From positions 122,264,001-122,328,000 of the forward strand of contig OZ024743.1 of assembly GCA_964016885.1 (NCBI GenBank): a stretch of 64,000 nt of DNA, written 5' to 3'. The notes beneath the pieces are model-generated. The model was not told the DNA's origin. It saw only the letters and a list, made by a program, of their open reading frames with translations, and did no database searches. The position numbers and the translations under genes were made by a program. Origin of the DNA: Eledone cirrhosa. Lineage: Eukaryota. Below are positions 45,815 through 60,146 of the stretch, piece by piece (positions within the stretch are counted from its first letter, which is position 1; every line of letters starts with the position of its first letter).

Positions 45815-46919
45815 TAGCAGCAGTACACAGCGTTGCCTGGGTAGGTAAAATAATATCTGCTTTGATGAAAAGCTGTTGATCTTAGCGACTGCTTCTCGAT
45901 GACTCATCTATGGCCACACACAGGCCATGCGGGGGATGGTAGTGATGACCTCTATCACTGAGAAACGCGGGTGACTGACGAAGGGGCATGCTGGAGAAGG
46001 GAGGTAATGACCTCTAACACTAAGCCAAATTTCCTCACGCTACTTGATTGGAAACCGTTGAATTCTCAAATACACAACTAAAAACTCAGACGACGTCAGT
46101 AGCCATCGTTTTGCCTTTGACCATCTATAAGATGTGCAATGATGGGTTCTATCGTAGTATAAAAGTTGAACCAAATAAATTGATTTATGTGTGAGATGGA
46201 GCCGAAGTTTCGAATTTGAACGAAATCGGTTGAAAAATGTGGGAGCTAATGATAGGTTCTATCGTAGTATAAAAGTTGAACCAAATAAATTGATTTATGT
46301 GTGAGGTGGAGCTGAAGTTTCGAATTTGAACGAAATCAGTTGAAAAATGTGGGAGCTAGAGCCGAAAAGGCGGAAATTTGAGCGAAAAGGTGGTATTTTC
46401 GAATATTTAAGCGGCTGCCACGCCGTTCCTGAACAAAAAATCCAAAATATAAAGCCACTTTAAGACGTGAAATAATCAGATCTAGCGTAGTGTAAAATTT
46501 GAACAAAGTAGGTTGATTAATATGGGAGCTAGAGCCGAAAAAGAGTCTAAAAGTGGTATTTTTGAATATTTAAGCGGCTGCCACGCCGTCCCTGAACAAC
46601 AAATGCAAAATATAAAGCCATTACACGATGTGCAATGATAAATTCTATTTTGCTTTAAAATTTGAACGAAATCTGTGGCAAAATGTGGGAGCTAGAGCTA
46701 AAAATCTTATTTTTCGATACCTAAAAAAAGGTGACCTCCCTATCGATTTTTATCAGCAGAGTGACCCCGGGATAAAAAAAAGACACGCTGATATATAGAA
46801 AACACTCCCCGATGACTAATCTATGAACCTGTAAAGTTTCATGAAAATCGGTCGCAAGATGTTGGCCCCTATAGGTAATACACAGACACACACATACTTA
46901 ATTTTATATATATACAGAT
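45812..46919 (-). mobile_element. Non-autonomous Helitron-like element with internal tandem repeats
   Basis: The minus strand ends in a hairpin-like ccaggcaacgctgtg...CTAGt and starts TC in an AT context with a (CA/CAGA) stretch. Internal ~115-180-bp repeats at 46140-46700. Confidence 0.75.
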
Positions 46920-46929
46920 ATATATTAAT

Positions 46930-47490
46930 ATATAAATGAAATAGAATGAAACGAAATTTCATTTCTCACTCTTAGTACGAAACTTACTTAAATGTAAGTA
47001 TGTATGTATGTATACGTACATACATATATGTATACAGACGTACAGTAGTATGTATATATATACATACATGCACACACATATTCGTTTCATTCTATTCCAT
47101 TTATCGTTTTCGGTGTGCCCGGCCGACTGAACTCACTCGATATGCAAATTAGGCTGCTCAGCCGTTAATATGCATAAGGAAGTATATACTTTCAGACGTT
47201 CAACCATCTGGCAGGAAGGTATACGATGCTGACGATAGCTAATAAGCGTGAAACTATTTAGCTTATTAGACGATAGCTAATAAGCTTGAAACTAGTACAT
47301 CGTTCCTATTTCAGTGTTGAACAAAAAGGTGACGTGGTTGCCTAGACACTGTACGGCGTAATTCGAGCATTATAATAAATGTTCCGTAAACCGATACGTG
47401 CATATATATATATATATGTGTGCATGTATGTATATATATACATACTACTGTACGTCTGTATACATATATGTATGTACGTATACATACATA
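46930..47490. mobile_element. Fold-back PLE-terminal unit (family D) with an internally duplicated HHR
   Basis: HHR at 47223-47303: acgatg-CTGACGA-tagctaataagc(g/t)t-GAAA-ctag-TA-catcgt, with the core partly duplicated. Arms are homologous to 2062-2450. Confidence 0.78.
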
Positions 47491-47525
47491 CTATTAATAT
47501 ATATATATATACGTATATGCATATC

Positions 47526-47567
<42 letters not shown>

Positions 47568-47659
47568 GAGAGGTATAGAGATTGTTTTAGCAAGAAGCTA
47601 ACAGCATTCTATAACATATATGCGACTATAACGTCAAGATGGGAAAAGTAGTTATATAT

Positions 47660-48344
47660 ATAGGCTGGATTTTGTGGACTTTCCGGACAAGAGACCGAGA
47701 GACCATGTTGATGCTAAGGAGGACATTTGTCATAAGCCACCGCCTGGACTACTGCTCCCAACTGAGGTCACCCCATAGTATCAAACTAACCACGGAGTTT
47801 GAGGCCATCCAACGAAGCTACACCAAGAGGATTGCGACGATGAAGGAGATGAGCTACTGGAAGAGGCTAAAAGAACTGAAACTCTACTCCTTGGAATGAA
47901 GACGGGAGAGATACGCAATGATATACATATGGAAAATCCTGGAGGGACTAGCACCAAACTTTGGCATTGGGAGCTGGACCAACCCCCGAACAGGACGTCA
48001 CTGTGTGGCGCCAAGGTCCAGTCTTCCACATCTAGAATAAGGACCAAATATTGCAATAGTCTGCGGTTCAACGGCCCTCAACTCTTCAACAAGCTGCCAA
48101 GGGATTTGAGAGATCTGTATGGTGTGGACGTGGATGTTTTCAAGAAACATTTCGACACCTTGCTATCCAGGATCCCGGATGAGCCGACATCACGGTTCGA
48201 AGGTAACCTAAGGGCATCAGCAACGAACTCCCTCTTGCAGAAATGGCCAGCCAACACAGCCTGGAGATAGAATGTGTAGCAACAAGGGCGGTGCCCCAGC
48301 ATGACCTCAGCCGGATGGCTGAAACGGGTAAAAGAGTAAAAGAG

Positions 48345-48345
<1 letters not shown>
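47660..48345 (+). mobile_element. CR1-group LINE 3' fragment with intact 3' tail
   Basis: HRLDYCSQLRSPH...LKLYSLE and GPQLFNKLP...VFKKHFD...IPDEP. Tail is ggtgccccagcatg...ggctgaaacgg(gtaaaaga)2. Confidence 0.88.
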
Positions 48346-48404
<59 letters not shown>

Positions 48405-49710
48405 CATGATGGCCTCAAACTCGTGTTGGAGCATTTCCATCACCTGATAAAATGCTCAAAAACGTGATGGCACGAATGTGGCTCTTCAAACCAGCCAAAG
48501 ACTTGCACCCTCTGGCACGTGGCAACTGTAGACTCATCTGGGTCTTTCCACTGCTTGGTTCTGACTGTGTCTTCTCATATGTCTTTTAAGACCTCCCATG
48601 CTTGCACATTTCTTTCCACATTCCCCACACCTTCTCAGATCACACTGTTCATAGTCTACATGAGGTCTACTGATATGCCTTATTTCATGTCTTATCAAAC
48701 CAGCTTTGTTCAGCAGACTCGACCACAGTGCTGGCAAACCAGATGTTGCTCAACATTTGGCAGTTCAGAACAGTCCCTTTTCCTCACCTTCCTTTTCAGT
48801 GTTTGGTGTTCTCTTCGACGAGTTTCAAAGCGATCACTTCCTGACTTGATCAAACGTCTCCACTTCACCGGCTCCTCAGCCATTTTCTCTCATTCGTCAG
48901 ATGAAATTCGAGCGTAAGCCAAGGTGCCCCTGACACAGTCTCGGTTCCACATTTTTGGTTTGTGTGGTGGTCGCCGTCCTCCACACAGTTCACCGTAGAG
49001 AAGTTGCTTTGGAATACGATCATCAGACATCTGGACCACGTTCCCGTACCATCTCAACCGACGCCGAAAGACCATGCTCTCTATACTCATGCACCTGCTC
49101 CGTTCGAGAACTTCCAAATCACTGACGAACATTTTCCATCGCACCCCAAGTATCTTACGAAGAGATTGTTAGTGAAACTTCTCCAGTTCCTTGAGGTGCT
49201 TTCTGTAAGTGACCCACGTTTCACAAGTATTTAGCAAAGAGGAGAGGTCACAAATCAGATACACTTTTACCTCGGTTTCAATGGTGATAGTTCGTCTGGA
49301 CCACAAACGCTCATTCAGCCGTCCAAACGCATCACTGGTTTTCTTGATTCTTAAGGATATCTCATCATCAAGTGTGCATGAATTATTCAACGTACTACCA
49401 ATGTAAACAAACATGACAGCAACTTTTAGCCTCTTTCCGTACACATACACTTGGTGTAGTGTATTATTTCCCAGGTGCTGGATGGTACATCACAACAGTC
49501 TTTTCCAAGCTTATTGTGAGGCCCAAAGCGATGCTAGCTTCAGAAAGAGTTCATAATATGCTGCATGACACTTTGTGAGTGTGCAAAAAGATCGCAGTCA
49601 TCTGCATACAAACACTCTCGGATTATAGATGTTAAGACCTTCGTGCTTGCACCAAAGTGCCTGATATTGAACAACCTTCCTGAAGTGCAATACCTGATGT
49701 AAATTCCATA
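48405..49710 (-). mobile_element. RTE (BovB-like) LINE 3' fragment
   Basis: ECLYADDC, FVYIGSTL, CETW, RRRLRWYG...RIPKQLLYGEL and a C-terminal C2H2 (CGECGK...LKRHMRRH). Confidence 0.92.
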
Positions 49711-49778
49711 CATATATACATACACACACATACGCACACACATACGCACACACACACGCACACACACGCACACGCACG

Positions 49779-49874
<96 letters not shown>

Positions 49875-49924
49875 AGTATATATATATATATATATATACA
49901 TATATATATAAGGCACACACACAC

Positions 49925-49972
<48 letters not shown>

Positions 49973-49975
<3 letters not shown>

Positions 49976-50801
49976 TATATTATATTTTGAGATTAAACTC
50001 TCAGTCGTTTACAATTAATCAGTTCCAAGAAAGAGGCATTTCCGAGCAGTTAAATACATATTATACATTAATATATATGATAAACACAAAACGTGTTTGC
50101 ATTGCAACAGACAAAGTTAGCTATCAATGAAATAAACTAATTAAAGTGAATACAATTTGTCTGTCTCGATATAAGTCAATAAAGACAAGCTTATATTGGC
50201 AAAAGCCGTGATTCCTGGACAAATCTAAATTTCAAAATCCAAACCCGCTCCGTAGATGAATTTGAACTTCGAAACCTAAATATGTTTCGCAACGATGGTA
50301 CATGAATTGAAAAATAAAGAGAATCGAAATGGAATTGAAATAAAAAGTGAAATATCCAAATCTTCTGTGCTTATCAACAGGAATCCAGTAAAATTAGTAC
50401 ATTCCACCATCAAAAATTTTGCAGGTCTGACTACATGTGTGTGTAGCCAGCCAAACTAGCCGTCCCGCATTCCCGGTGCTAGAAATAACAGCCGTTTATA
50501 CGGGATTAAAGATCAGCTCTACAGTTAAGGAGCAATATACTATATTATATTTTGAGATTAAACTCTCAGTCGTTTACAATTAATCAGCTCCAAGAAAGAG
50601 GCATTTCCGAGCAGTTAAATACATGTTATACATTAATATATATGAGCAGGAATCACGGCTTTTGCCAATATAAGCTTGTCTTTATTGACTTATATCGAGA
50701 CAGACAAATTGTATTCACTTTAATTAGTTTATTTCATTGATAGCTAACTTTGTCTGTTGCAATGCAAACACGTTTTGTGTTTATCATATATATTAATGTA
50801 T

Positions 50802-50806
<5 letters not shown>
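49973..50806. repeat. Unit with direct plus inverted internal duplications between (TA)n tracts
   Basis: 49973-50080 is repeated at 50537-50645. 50058-50217 is inverted at 50647-50806. Confidence 0.85.
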
Positions 50807-50871
<65 letters not shown>

Positions 50872-50999
50872 TATATGCATGAAGTTCAGTAAATCCGAAG
50901 AAAACTTGTGAGAGAACCAAAGCCACCACTCAATGCAGAGGAGCAGAGTGTATACAATAAGAACAAAGTGATGTTACATAGGAGATTTATTGCTTAATC

Positions 51000-51087
51000 C
51001 TGGTTACAAATGTTTCCCAAACAGCTGGCTCGTGATCTGGTTTGGCACCCCAGACCAGACTCCAAGTCTGCCTGATCCTCAGACCAG
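51000..51087 (-). ncRNA. Hammerhead ribozyme motif with ~60-nt stem II
   Basis: Minus: ctggt-CTGAGGA-tcaggcag...ctgtttgg-GAAA-catttg-TA-accag. Confidence 0.8.
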
Positions 51088-51094
51088 TGTTAAC

Positions 51095-52156
51095 ACAACA
51101 AAAATCACATCAAATCTGTGGACGAGTGCTTTCCACCCTCGCATAGATACCATAAACTATTCAACCAGCACACCGTGAAGTTCTCATTCTACACCATGCC
51201 CAACCTTGCGGAGATCATTGCCTCCAGCAACCGTAAAAAGCTACGGTACCTCCATATTGACCGTACTGGGAGGGTTGTCGACGGGTCGGAACTCCCGAGG
51301 AGAGGTATGGCCACCGTTCCATCCATCGTAAATAATCGGAACCCCCCAGTGTAATATTCCCTCCTTCGCATCAAACACCGCACCCTACGGCACTCCTGTT
51401 AGATCTCTGACGAACTGCAACTGCAGATCCCCCCCCCCCCCCGACTGCCCCCTCAACAGCCGCTGCAGAGTCTCGTGAGTGGTCTACAGCTGCATGGTCT
51501 CCACCGAAAGAAACGAATTTGTGTATGTGGGTTCCACAAGTACTGAGTTCAAATCCCGCTTCCATAACCACATGTGCTTCTTTAGACACAGAAGCAAGAT
51601 GTCCAACACTAGTCTAGCCGAGAGTGCACGTAGAGGCTCAAGGACGAGAACCGGAACTTCAAATTGAGGTGGAAAATTCTCCGTTTTGCGCCCCCCGGGG
51701 GTTGGGCAGCGAGGTTTGTCGGCTCTGCCTCTGTGAGAGTGTGGAGATCCTCAAGCTACGTGGGCGGGCGATTAACTCTATGTTCGAGATTCTGAGTAAT
51801 TGTATGCATCGAAGAACCCATCTGTTCGCCCATCTCGCAGGTGCGGGCACCGCGATGGACCGCTGTCTTCCTTAGTGAGCTACCGACCCTTTCCTGCCAC
51901 TGTATTGTAATACAACAGGACGAAACATAATAGCATCACTGATGATGTCACAGGTGTGCGACGAAAGAATTCTGAGAGACTATATATATCTATATTTTTA
52001 ACTATTGGTCACTCAATGATAAACATTTATTGCCAGTTAACTTAACTATAGGTATATAAAATATACGAAAGCGAAAACCAACCCAAACCTAACAGTGAGG
52101 GTGTTTTATCATATATTTTTGACAATATTATAACAACATGACCCTCCACAAATATA

Positions 52157-52160
<4 letters not shown>
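51095..52160 (+). mobile_element. PLE remnant (linker plus GIY-YIG) followed by an HHR-like motif
   Basis: DECFPPSHRYHKLFNQHTVKFSF; NCNCR...CPLNSRC; VYSCMV...YVGSTSTEFKSRFHNH; CRLCLCESVEI. HHR-like CTGATGA-tgtcac...gcgac-GAAA-gaattc at 51939-51973. Confidence 0.88.
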
Positions 52161-52195
<35 letters not shown>

Positions 52196-52198
<3 letters not shown>

Positions 52199-52385
52199 AA
52201 AAGAGTCAAGACCCCGACGGCTGAGCTCCGGGCGTTTCAACTGTTAGATCCGGACTAAGCCAGAAACGACCGGAGCTTAACCGCCGGGGTCCTGACTCTT
52301 TCCGATTACCCACTCCACTACCCTAAATATCGTGTACTCTGGTGCGTTATGGTCCACCTAGTATCTTATCACACCTTTTTTATAC
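52196..52385. mobile_element. Fold-back PLE-terminal unit (family A)
   Basis: Homologue of 841-1164, with arms ~52196-52238 and ~52263-52303. Confidence 0.75.
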
Positions 52386-52759
52386 CGTCTTTATTATATA
52401 TAATAATTATACTAATACCCACCCTACCACACACACATACCCAAACACGCACACACACACACCAGTACTTTACATTCACTCATACTGTACCCAGCACCTT
52501 CTCTCTCTATCTCCCGTACTACCCCCCACACATCCTACTAACACCTATACTAATATACACACAAGCCCCCACACACACCGCCACCCTCTCCCCCAACCTT
52601 TCACATTAACCCACCTCCTCTCCTGTCCACCGCACTTCCGCACACACATACACACATTCCACACACACACATACAGACCATTCCTACCACTCGCCTGTCT
52701 GTCATCCTCCTAACTGCTATCTCCTCTCTCGCATCCTTCGCCCTGCCTTATCCATCGCC

Positions 52760-53098
52760 TGCCTTGAGCTTCTTGACCACTTCCGGTTGCGCGCGCGCCC
52801 CACAACTCTCTACTTCCTCCGCACCATTCCACGGTTTCTACTCCACTGGTCTCACGCTCCAGACATCCACCTTCTTATACTCGGATTTTTTCCCCATCCG
52901 TCCCTACACTCACCGGGAAAACATTCAGGAACACAAACACTTACACTATTTTCGCACACACGCAACCATACGTTCCCACGTATCAATACCACACAAAACA
53001 CTCACACACACGTACGTATCCTCACATACACATACTCACCCTCCGGACTCCACACGCCCCCTCTCCTCCCACCCCTCCAACCCCTCTTTATCAACATG

Positions 53099-53129
<31 letters not shown>

Positions 53130-53500
53130 ACTTACACCCCACCCCATGTACACAGGGGTTTTCCTATTACCCGAAAATGGAACCTCGTTCTTCCCCAAAC
53201 TCACACACACACACACATACATACACACACACCACCTTCCACCCTTCCCACTTGGCTCCCCCTCCATCCACCCACCACCACCCCTACACGCCTCACACCA
53301 CTTGTTTTCATTTTAATTTTTTCCTTCCCCTTTTAATGTCTTTCCACCTCTCCCCCTCTCACCCTCGGAACTCTTTTCCTCCCCACTTTTCTCCTGATGA
53401 AGGGTTTATACCCGAAACGTCGTTCCCCACTCTTAACTGTGAACCTAATACTAACACTAGTACTACACTTTTCGTTATTGTTTTTGTTTTTTATTTTTAA
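52760..53500 (+). mobile_element. Degenerate PLE endonuclease end plus pLTR with a minimal HHR core
   Basis: Frameshifted HGFYSTGLTLQ/DIHLLILG/EHKHLHYFRT resembles the GIY-YIG C-terminus. At 53394-53421: CTGATGAA-gggt(ttat)accc-GAAA-cg-TC (stem I partner poor). Confidence 0.6.
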
Positions 53501-53509
53501 CTTATATAT

Positions 53510-54200
53510 GTATATAATTAAACATACTGTATATTGCCAAATACACTATGCATACATTCATGTATACATCGCTATTTCAGAGCACCAATCCTAATATTTA
53601 ATTTTTGCTGGACCGGCAATCGCTCTGTATAATCAGCTCCTGATTATTACTGGAATTCTATAAGAATCAGCTTCTATAATCTGATGATTGCCAAACAGTA
53701 TGAAACAGACTGTTAGCTTCTCTGTCTTCTTTCGCTGAAAAGAAGTAAGTGACATAGTCCTACTTTAAAATGATAGCGTAAGGTCTTCAAAATGTTTTTA
53801 ATTAAACATACGGTATATTGCCAAATATACTATACATATATTCATGTATATATATATATAAGCGTATATATATAAAACAATAGCGTAAGGTCTTCGAAAT
53901 GCTTTTAATTAAGCATACAGTGTATTGCAAAATACACTATATATATATTCATATATATATCGCTTTTTCAGAGCACCAATTCTAATTTTCAATTTCTGCT
54001 TGACTGGCAACCGCTCTGTATAATCAGTTCCTGATTATTACTAGAATTCTATAAGCATCAAAAAGTGCGAAACAGAGCTCTGTCAGCTTTATCTCCCCTG
54101 TTTGCTGAAAATTAAAGTAAGTGAGACTGTCACTACTCTAAAACAATAACGTAAGGTCTTCAAAATGCTTTTAATTAAGCATACAGTGTATTGCAAAATA

Positions 54201-54205
<5 letters not shown>
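53510..54205 (+). mobile_element. Tandem partial copies of family B PLE terminus
   Basis: Blocks agcgtaaggtcttcaaaatg... and cagagcaccaatcctaat... are reiterated. HHR core at 53681-53716: CTGATGA-ttgccaaacagtat-GAAA-cagactg-TT. Confidence 0.75.
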
Positions 54206-54270
<65 letters not shown>

Positions 54271-54989
54271 CGAATAAAATACTAGGAAAAACTAGGCAAG
54301 ATTTGTTGAAATTTGAAGACACATTCATTACACAATAAGATCTCTAGCACTTGTTTCAATGCAATTATCCTGTCGCACACGAAAGCTGAATTATTACATA
54401 TCTTATAATAGACTATTTCGCAGTGCGCATTTTGCATCCGTATTTTATCAGAGAGCTTCGGGGTCACGCTTATATACTAAATACAGCATGCTGAGAGGTA
54501 CATCTTCAAAGTACTTATGGTCAAATTTACCAGATAATAACCATACAAATTTAAATTTAAATAAATACACAAATATACATGTATGCGCACATTTCTGGTG
54601 TACAAATTAAAAAGGAGGTAAAAACATTTTAAAGTAGCCAATTGAATATGTTTGTAAGTCATTAGAGGAAATAAGAGGAAGTGCATTCCGTAATTTGCTA
54701 AAGACAGTTCGTGATAATTACATGATGTGCGAACGTGCTACAAACTTAGGAAAAAGGAGGCAGTGTAATATATACAATTTATTGGATGAGATCAAGAGAA
54801 GGAAATATTATAAAGAGATAGTATGGTTGAAGTTAATAATTTCGACTGGTCAATGGCATCAATTTAGGTGTCTAAAAGGGAAAGAATGCCAACAGGTTTA
54901 ATCATAGAGATATATAGATAAACGGTTGGACAGAAAGTCTTCACCGTTCTTCAAATCAAATTTTTACTTTGGCATTTTGTAACATTAAG

Positions 54990-56072
54990 AACAGATTACA
55001 CGTTAAAAGAATTGCCATCATTTGCGATTACCGTATGTCATCGTTTAGAAAGGCACATGATTCCATACCTGGAGAATTCTTATGGATTCGATGCACACTT
55101 CCGACAGCCACTTATTTACCCGGTCTTCATTGGCGAAGGTCTTTAAATGCATTGCATTGCTTATTGAGAGAAAAACGTGATAGTCTGTATACGCGAGGTT
55201 GGGCGAATACGGGGGGTGGAGCAGAACCTCCCAACCTAAATACAGCAGCTTCTCACTGGTCATCCTTCATGTATGGGTCCGAGTGTTATCATGAAGGAAT
55301 CGAATAGGACCATGGTGTGGGCGCACATGTACAGACGCCATAGGTTATGCTGATGTTCAATGAGAGCAGATTCTAGTGGACACCTTTCCAGTCCCACATG
55401 ACGTTCAGTAGGGCCTAGCGAGGGTGGAGGCCCTTGCTGGCCGTTGTGGCGCACATTCTTTATCCACATTGACTGCTTGCACTTGACATTAATATAGAGA
55501 TACCATTTTCATCACCAGTGACAATGGAACGTAAACAGTTGGTTGTATGCTGGTAGGAGAACAGATAAGTCGCATCTGCCACTCGATATTCATGATTACG
55601 GTTAGTCAGATTGTGGGGCACCCATTGGTCCAGTTTGAGCACCCTCCCTATTGCATGCAAGTGATTGTGGATGATTGTTTTCGATGCCCCAAGCACTTCG
55701 AAAAATTAACGTGATGTCTAGTGTGGGTCGGCCACCACCAGTTTACGCAGTTTCTCGTCATTGAAGTTGAATGGATGTCCTGTGTGGGGTCAATCTTTAA
55801 GGCTGTAATCACCAGAACGGAAGCGTGCAAACCAGTCTCTGGCATTGCATTCAAACATGGTGTATGACCCAAATGCATTGTTAATGCGACTATTTGATGC
55901 TGCTGCACGAATAAATGATTTGGATAGACCCCTGTTGCTTCTCCTTTGACGACGTAACAGAAAATGATAAATGCACACAGTGTATATCGTCACTTTCAAC
56001 GTTTTCAGAAAACTCTACCAAAATATCTCCTTTTGAAAAACGGCGGCAATTTTCTGTGAACCCAATAAATAT
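54990..56072 (-). mobile_element. Mariner (DD34D-type) transposase pseudogene
   Basis: WFARFRSGDYSLKD, QWVPHNL, IVTGDE and WEVLLHPPYSPNLAYTDYHVF. TIR-like tattgggttcacagaaaattgccg at ~56045-56068. Confidence 0.92.
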
Positions 56073-56173
56073 ATTGTTTCTTTTATCCCATTATCTGTTA
56101 GCACGCGTTTCGCTATATTTCATTTTGTCGTTGATATATTATTTTTTGTCATTTACGTGACATTATTTTCCTC

Positions 56174-56345
56174 ATCGGTAGAGGGTCGGACGCCATGCTT
56201 TCCAGCATAGTTACGTCCCTTTACCATCTGAGTTCAAATCCCGCCGAGGTTGACTTTGCCTTTCATCCTTACGGGGTCGATAAAATAAAGTACCAGTAAT
56301 GCACTGGTAATTGCTGGCCTTGTGCCTAAAGTAGAAACAATTATT
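56174..56345 (+). mobile_element. tRNA-derived SINE with 12-bp TSD
   Basis: attattttcctc occurs at 56162-56173 and 56340-56351. Confidence 0.92.
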
Positions 56346-57282
56346 TTCCTCCTATTGCTTTTATCTGGTAGAATAGTTTAATTTTTTAAAAAATTATTGA
56401 TCATCGTAATTATAAGGTGAAAAATCTTTCTTTGTGAATACAATGCAGAATATTAAATTTTAACTGAATTCGAACTTTTAAACTATACTACAATAAATAA
56501 TTACTTTTATCCTACTAAAGTATAACAATAAAATATTCTCCAATGTCATAAGGATGATTCAAGAAGAACAGGAAAATGTAAACCTTATTCTGAATAAAGA
56601 ATTAAAGTATGAAAACACTCATCACCATTTCTGACTACAACCAGCTTTTGGTACTTGGTCGGAGATGGGAATAGCTACGTGGTAGAATGAATTTGGAGTA
56701 CAACAGATGTCGGTTTTATCAAGCAAAACCTCGCCAGTTTCAATGAAATACCACGGTGAACACATTAAAATATACTATTGAAAGTTTATTTCGGCAGTAA
56801 GGTATTATTGTTATAACAGTGTATTTTCCTGTTTCAAGTTTACGTCGATACAATTATTACGCCAGCAACCTTATTTCCAATAACCATAATTCCTGTAGAA
56901 ACGAGGAAAGCCACCCACTGTTCCACAGGGAGCAAAAGGAACTGAAGAAGAAGATTAGATATAACAAGTCGATCAGTAATAAAGCTGTCACAACTATCAA
57001 TGAAATGGTGACCTCTATTGTACTGTGCAACGGAAACTGTTTAATATATATATCACAAAAACGAAATAATAACTATATTCTGTATGAACCAATATGAAAA
57101 ACTCTCGTGATATGTCTGTATTAAAGTTAAGCTTTTCTACATTTCCTCTCTATATATACTGACCGCTCTCGCTGACTAGAATATGCTTCAATGAAATGGT
57201 CACATAACTGGAAAATGCCTCTTGCTTATACTAGTTACCCGAAAGACTATTAATTCCCATAATATATCTCCTATATTTTTCA

Positions 57283-57700
57283 ACTAGCTGAGGTACCCGG
57301 ATTCGCCTGGGAGAATAGTTAAGAGAAGACGGATAAAAGAGAAAACGACTGTATTGGATGTGCTGTCTGGTATGAGGTGAGACCGTAATGTGTGTGTGTG
57401 GGTGAGTGTGTGTGAGAGAGACATAAAAAAAAAACAATAATAAAACTTCGTTATTAGGCTGGGAGAGTAAACTGCCGATTAAATGGTAGCATTGGCCTAG
57501 GATTTTAAATGTTGTGAAATAACCATAGTCAGTATGATCTTTTTCAGCTCCAAAGGACGTCATCTGAAACGCAACAATTCACCGCATAACATCGCTTCTG
57601 AAGTGTTTAGCTTCGTTAGTACGGTCTGCAAGTTGTGTATGGATTAAAGCTGGAGGGTCGATTAATTTCAAATAGCATCAATTTTTCTTTGTGCTGTTAA
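57283..57700 (-). mobile_element. Helitron remnant (conserved RepHel N-terminal motif plus 3' terminus)
   Basis: FQMTSFGA...FKILGQCYHLIGSLL matches the Helitron motif FKIQGQVYHRIGSLLP. 3' hairpin cccaggcgaatccggg...CTAGt at ~57283-57311. Confidence 0.8.
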
Positions 57701-58070
57701 ATCAAAGACTGTAAAACGACTTTAGAAAAGCAAACGCAATTTTGTTAAACCTTCCTATAGATCAAAGGATCTGTAGTTTAAGCCGATTCTAGAATTTTGT
57801 GGGATGTCTCTCTCTCTGAATATTCAACACTTTAATTGTATCTCTCTCTGTATAAAGGCCCATCTCTCCCTTTCTGCCTCTCCCTCTGTGTGTCTCTCTC
57901 TCTCTTTAGATGTGTGTGTATGTATTTGTGTGTGCGTATGTGTGTGTGCGTGTGTGTGTGCGTGTGTGCGTGTGTGTGTTGTGTGTGTGTGAGTGTGTAG
58001 TTTTCGTGTGATTCAACCAACCAATCAACCAACGAACCAACCAACTAATAAATATCTCTCTTTTATATTA

Positions 58071-58994
58071 TACTAGCAGTGGTACCCGGCGTTGCACGGG
58101 ATAAGGTATTTTGGAACGCGGGCCGCCAACAGACCTAATAGTGGAAAAACTGCATGCCTGGACAATATGTAAAGAAAATAAACCGAATACTCTGATGGCT
58201 GAATAATCTTTAAGATTTTCCTCGATGAAGCAGGAAAAATGCAGGTTTTCACCTAATGCGAGCCTTAGGGGATCAAGAAAAGGATTTTTTTTTTATGTGC
58301 ATAATATGCCTTGAAATTTCGGGAAAATCGGCTAGACGTAACGCTTCAAAAAAGCCCCCAAAAGCTGAAAAAAAATGAAGTTTTTCACCTAATGCGGGCC
58401 CTAGGCCATACAAAAGTTGGATGTTCTTTGCTCATAGTATGAAGAAGAAACTGACTAATACATAGTTACAATTTCAAGGAAATCAGTCTGACGGAATGCC
58501 TCAAAAACCCCCTAAAAACCTGAAAAAACCCCGCAGTTTTTCACCTAATGCGGGCCCTAAGGGATCAAAAAGTTGAATTTTTTATGTGCATAACACTCCC
58601 TGAAATATAAGTAATACACATGTAAAGTTTGAAAAAATTCGGTTGGGTACTTCTCGAGTTTTAGGGATTCAAACTCACTGACACACACACAGACAGACAT
58701 CCCCAGGGAAGTGACGTAATGCAGACAGCCAGACATACAGACAGATATTATAAGGGCGCGACGTTATATGTATGTATCTATCTAAAAAGAGAACGACTAA
58801 GAATTATAGAGAGAGATCGCTAAATCGCCTAATGCGGTCCCTAGGGCATTGAAAATTTGAAATTGTCTTTGCTCAGAACACTCCCTGAAACATAAGTATA
58901 CATGTGTAAAGTTTGAAAACAGTCGGTTGGGTGCTTCTCGAGTTTTAGGGATCAAACTCACACACACAGACATCCTCAGTTTTATATATATAGA
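58071..58994 (-). mobile_element. Non-autonomous Helitron-like element with internal repeats
   Basis: Minus 3' end cccgtgcaacgccggg...CTAGt, 5' TC start, and reiterated ttttcacctaatgcgg blocks. Confidence 0.82.
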
Positions 58995-59000
58995 CTAGCA

Positions 59001-59774
59001 ATATATATATATATATATTACACACACAGAAATGTATATATATTTCTGTGTGTATATATATATATATATTACACACACAGAAATGTATATATATTTCTGT
59101 GTGTATATATATATATTTCTGTGTGTGTATATATATATATATTACACACACAGAAATGTATATATATTTCTGTTTGTATATATATATATATTACACATAC
59201 AGAAATGTATATATATTTCTGTGTGTGTATATATATATATATTACACACACAGAAATGTATATATATTTCTTAGAACAAAATTATTATTAATGTTTTGCT
59301 GTTCATAACAATTGGAATTGAAAAATTACTTTTGAAATTATTAGTTATTTTACTAATGCTTAGATATGTAAAAATGAAGCAATGTTTCTAATAATTGTTT
59401 CTACTTTTGGCACAAGGCCAGCAACTACCCAGTACATTACTGGTACTTTATTTTATCGACCCTGTGAGGATGAAAGGCAAAGTTAACCTCGGCGGTATTT
59501 GAACTCAGACCGTAAAGGGACGTAACTCCATGCTATGAAGCATGGTGTCCGACTCTCTACATATTCTGCCAATCCACCGCCCTAATGTCTGTACGTAATG
59601 AGGGAGTGAGAGGGGAGAGAAAGAAAGGCAGAGGTGAAGTGACGAAGTGACTCTCTCCTCCTCCTCCTCCATCTCCCCATTCGTCACAGCGATAGAAGGG
59701 AGGAATGTTAGTGTGTTACAAAGAGAAAGAGTGAGAGTGAGAGAAACAGACAGACTAAAAGAGAGGGATAGCTG

Positions 59775-59805
<31 letters not shown>

Positions 59806-60032
59806 CAACAGATATAGTACAGTAGCTAAGGGATGTATATATATTTCTGTGTGTATATATATATATACACATTTCTGTGTGTGTAATATATATATATATA
59901 CACACAGAAATATATATACATTTCTGTGTGTGTAATATATATATATACACACACGGAAATATATATATATTTCTGTGTGTGTGTATATATATATATATAG
60001 ATATTACACACACAGAAATGTATATATATTTC

Positions 60033-60089
<57 letters not shown>

Positions 60090-60115
60090 CACACATAGAA
60101 ATGTATATATATTTA

Positions 60116-60146
<31 letters not shown>

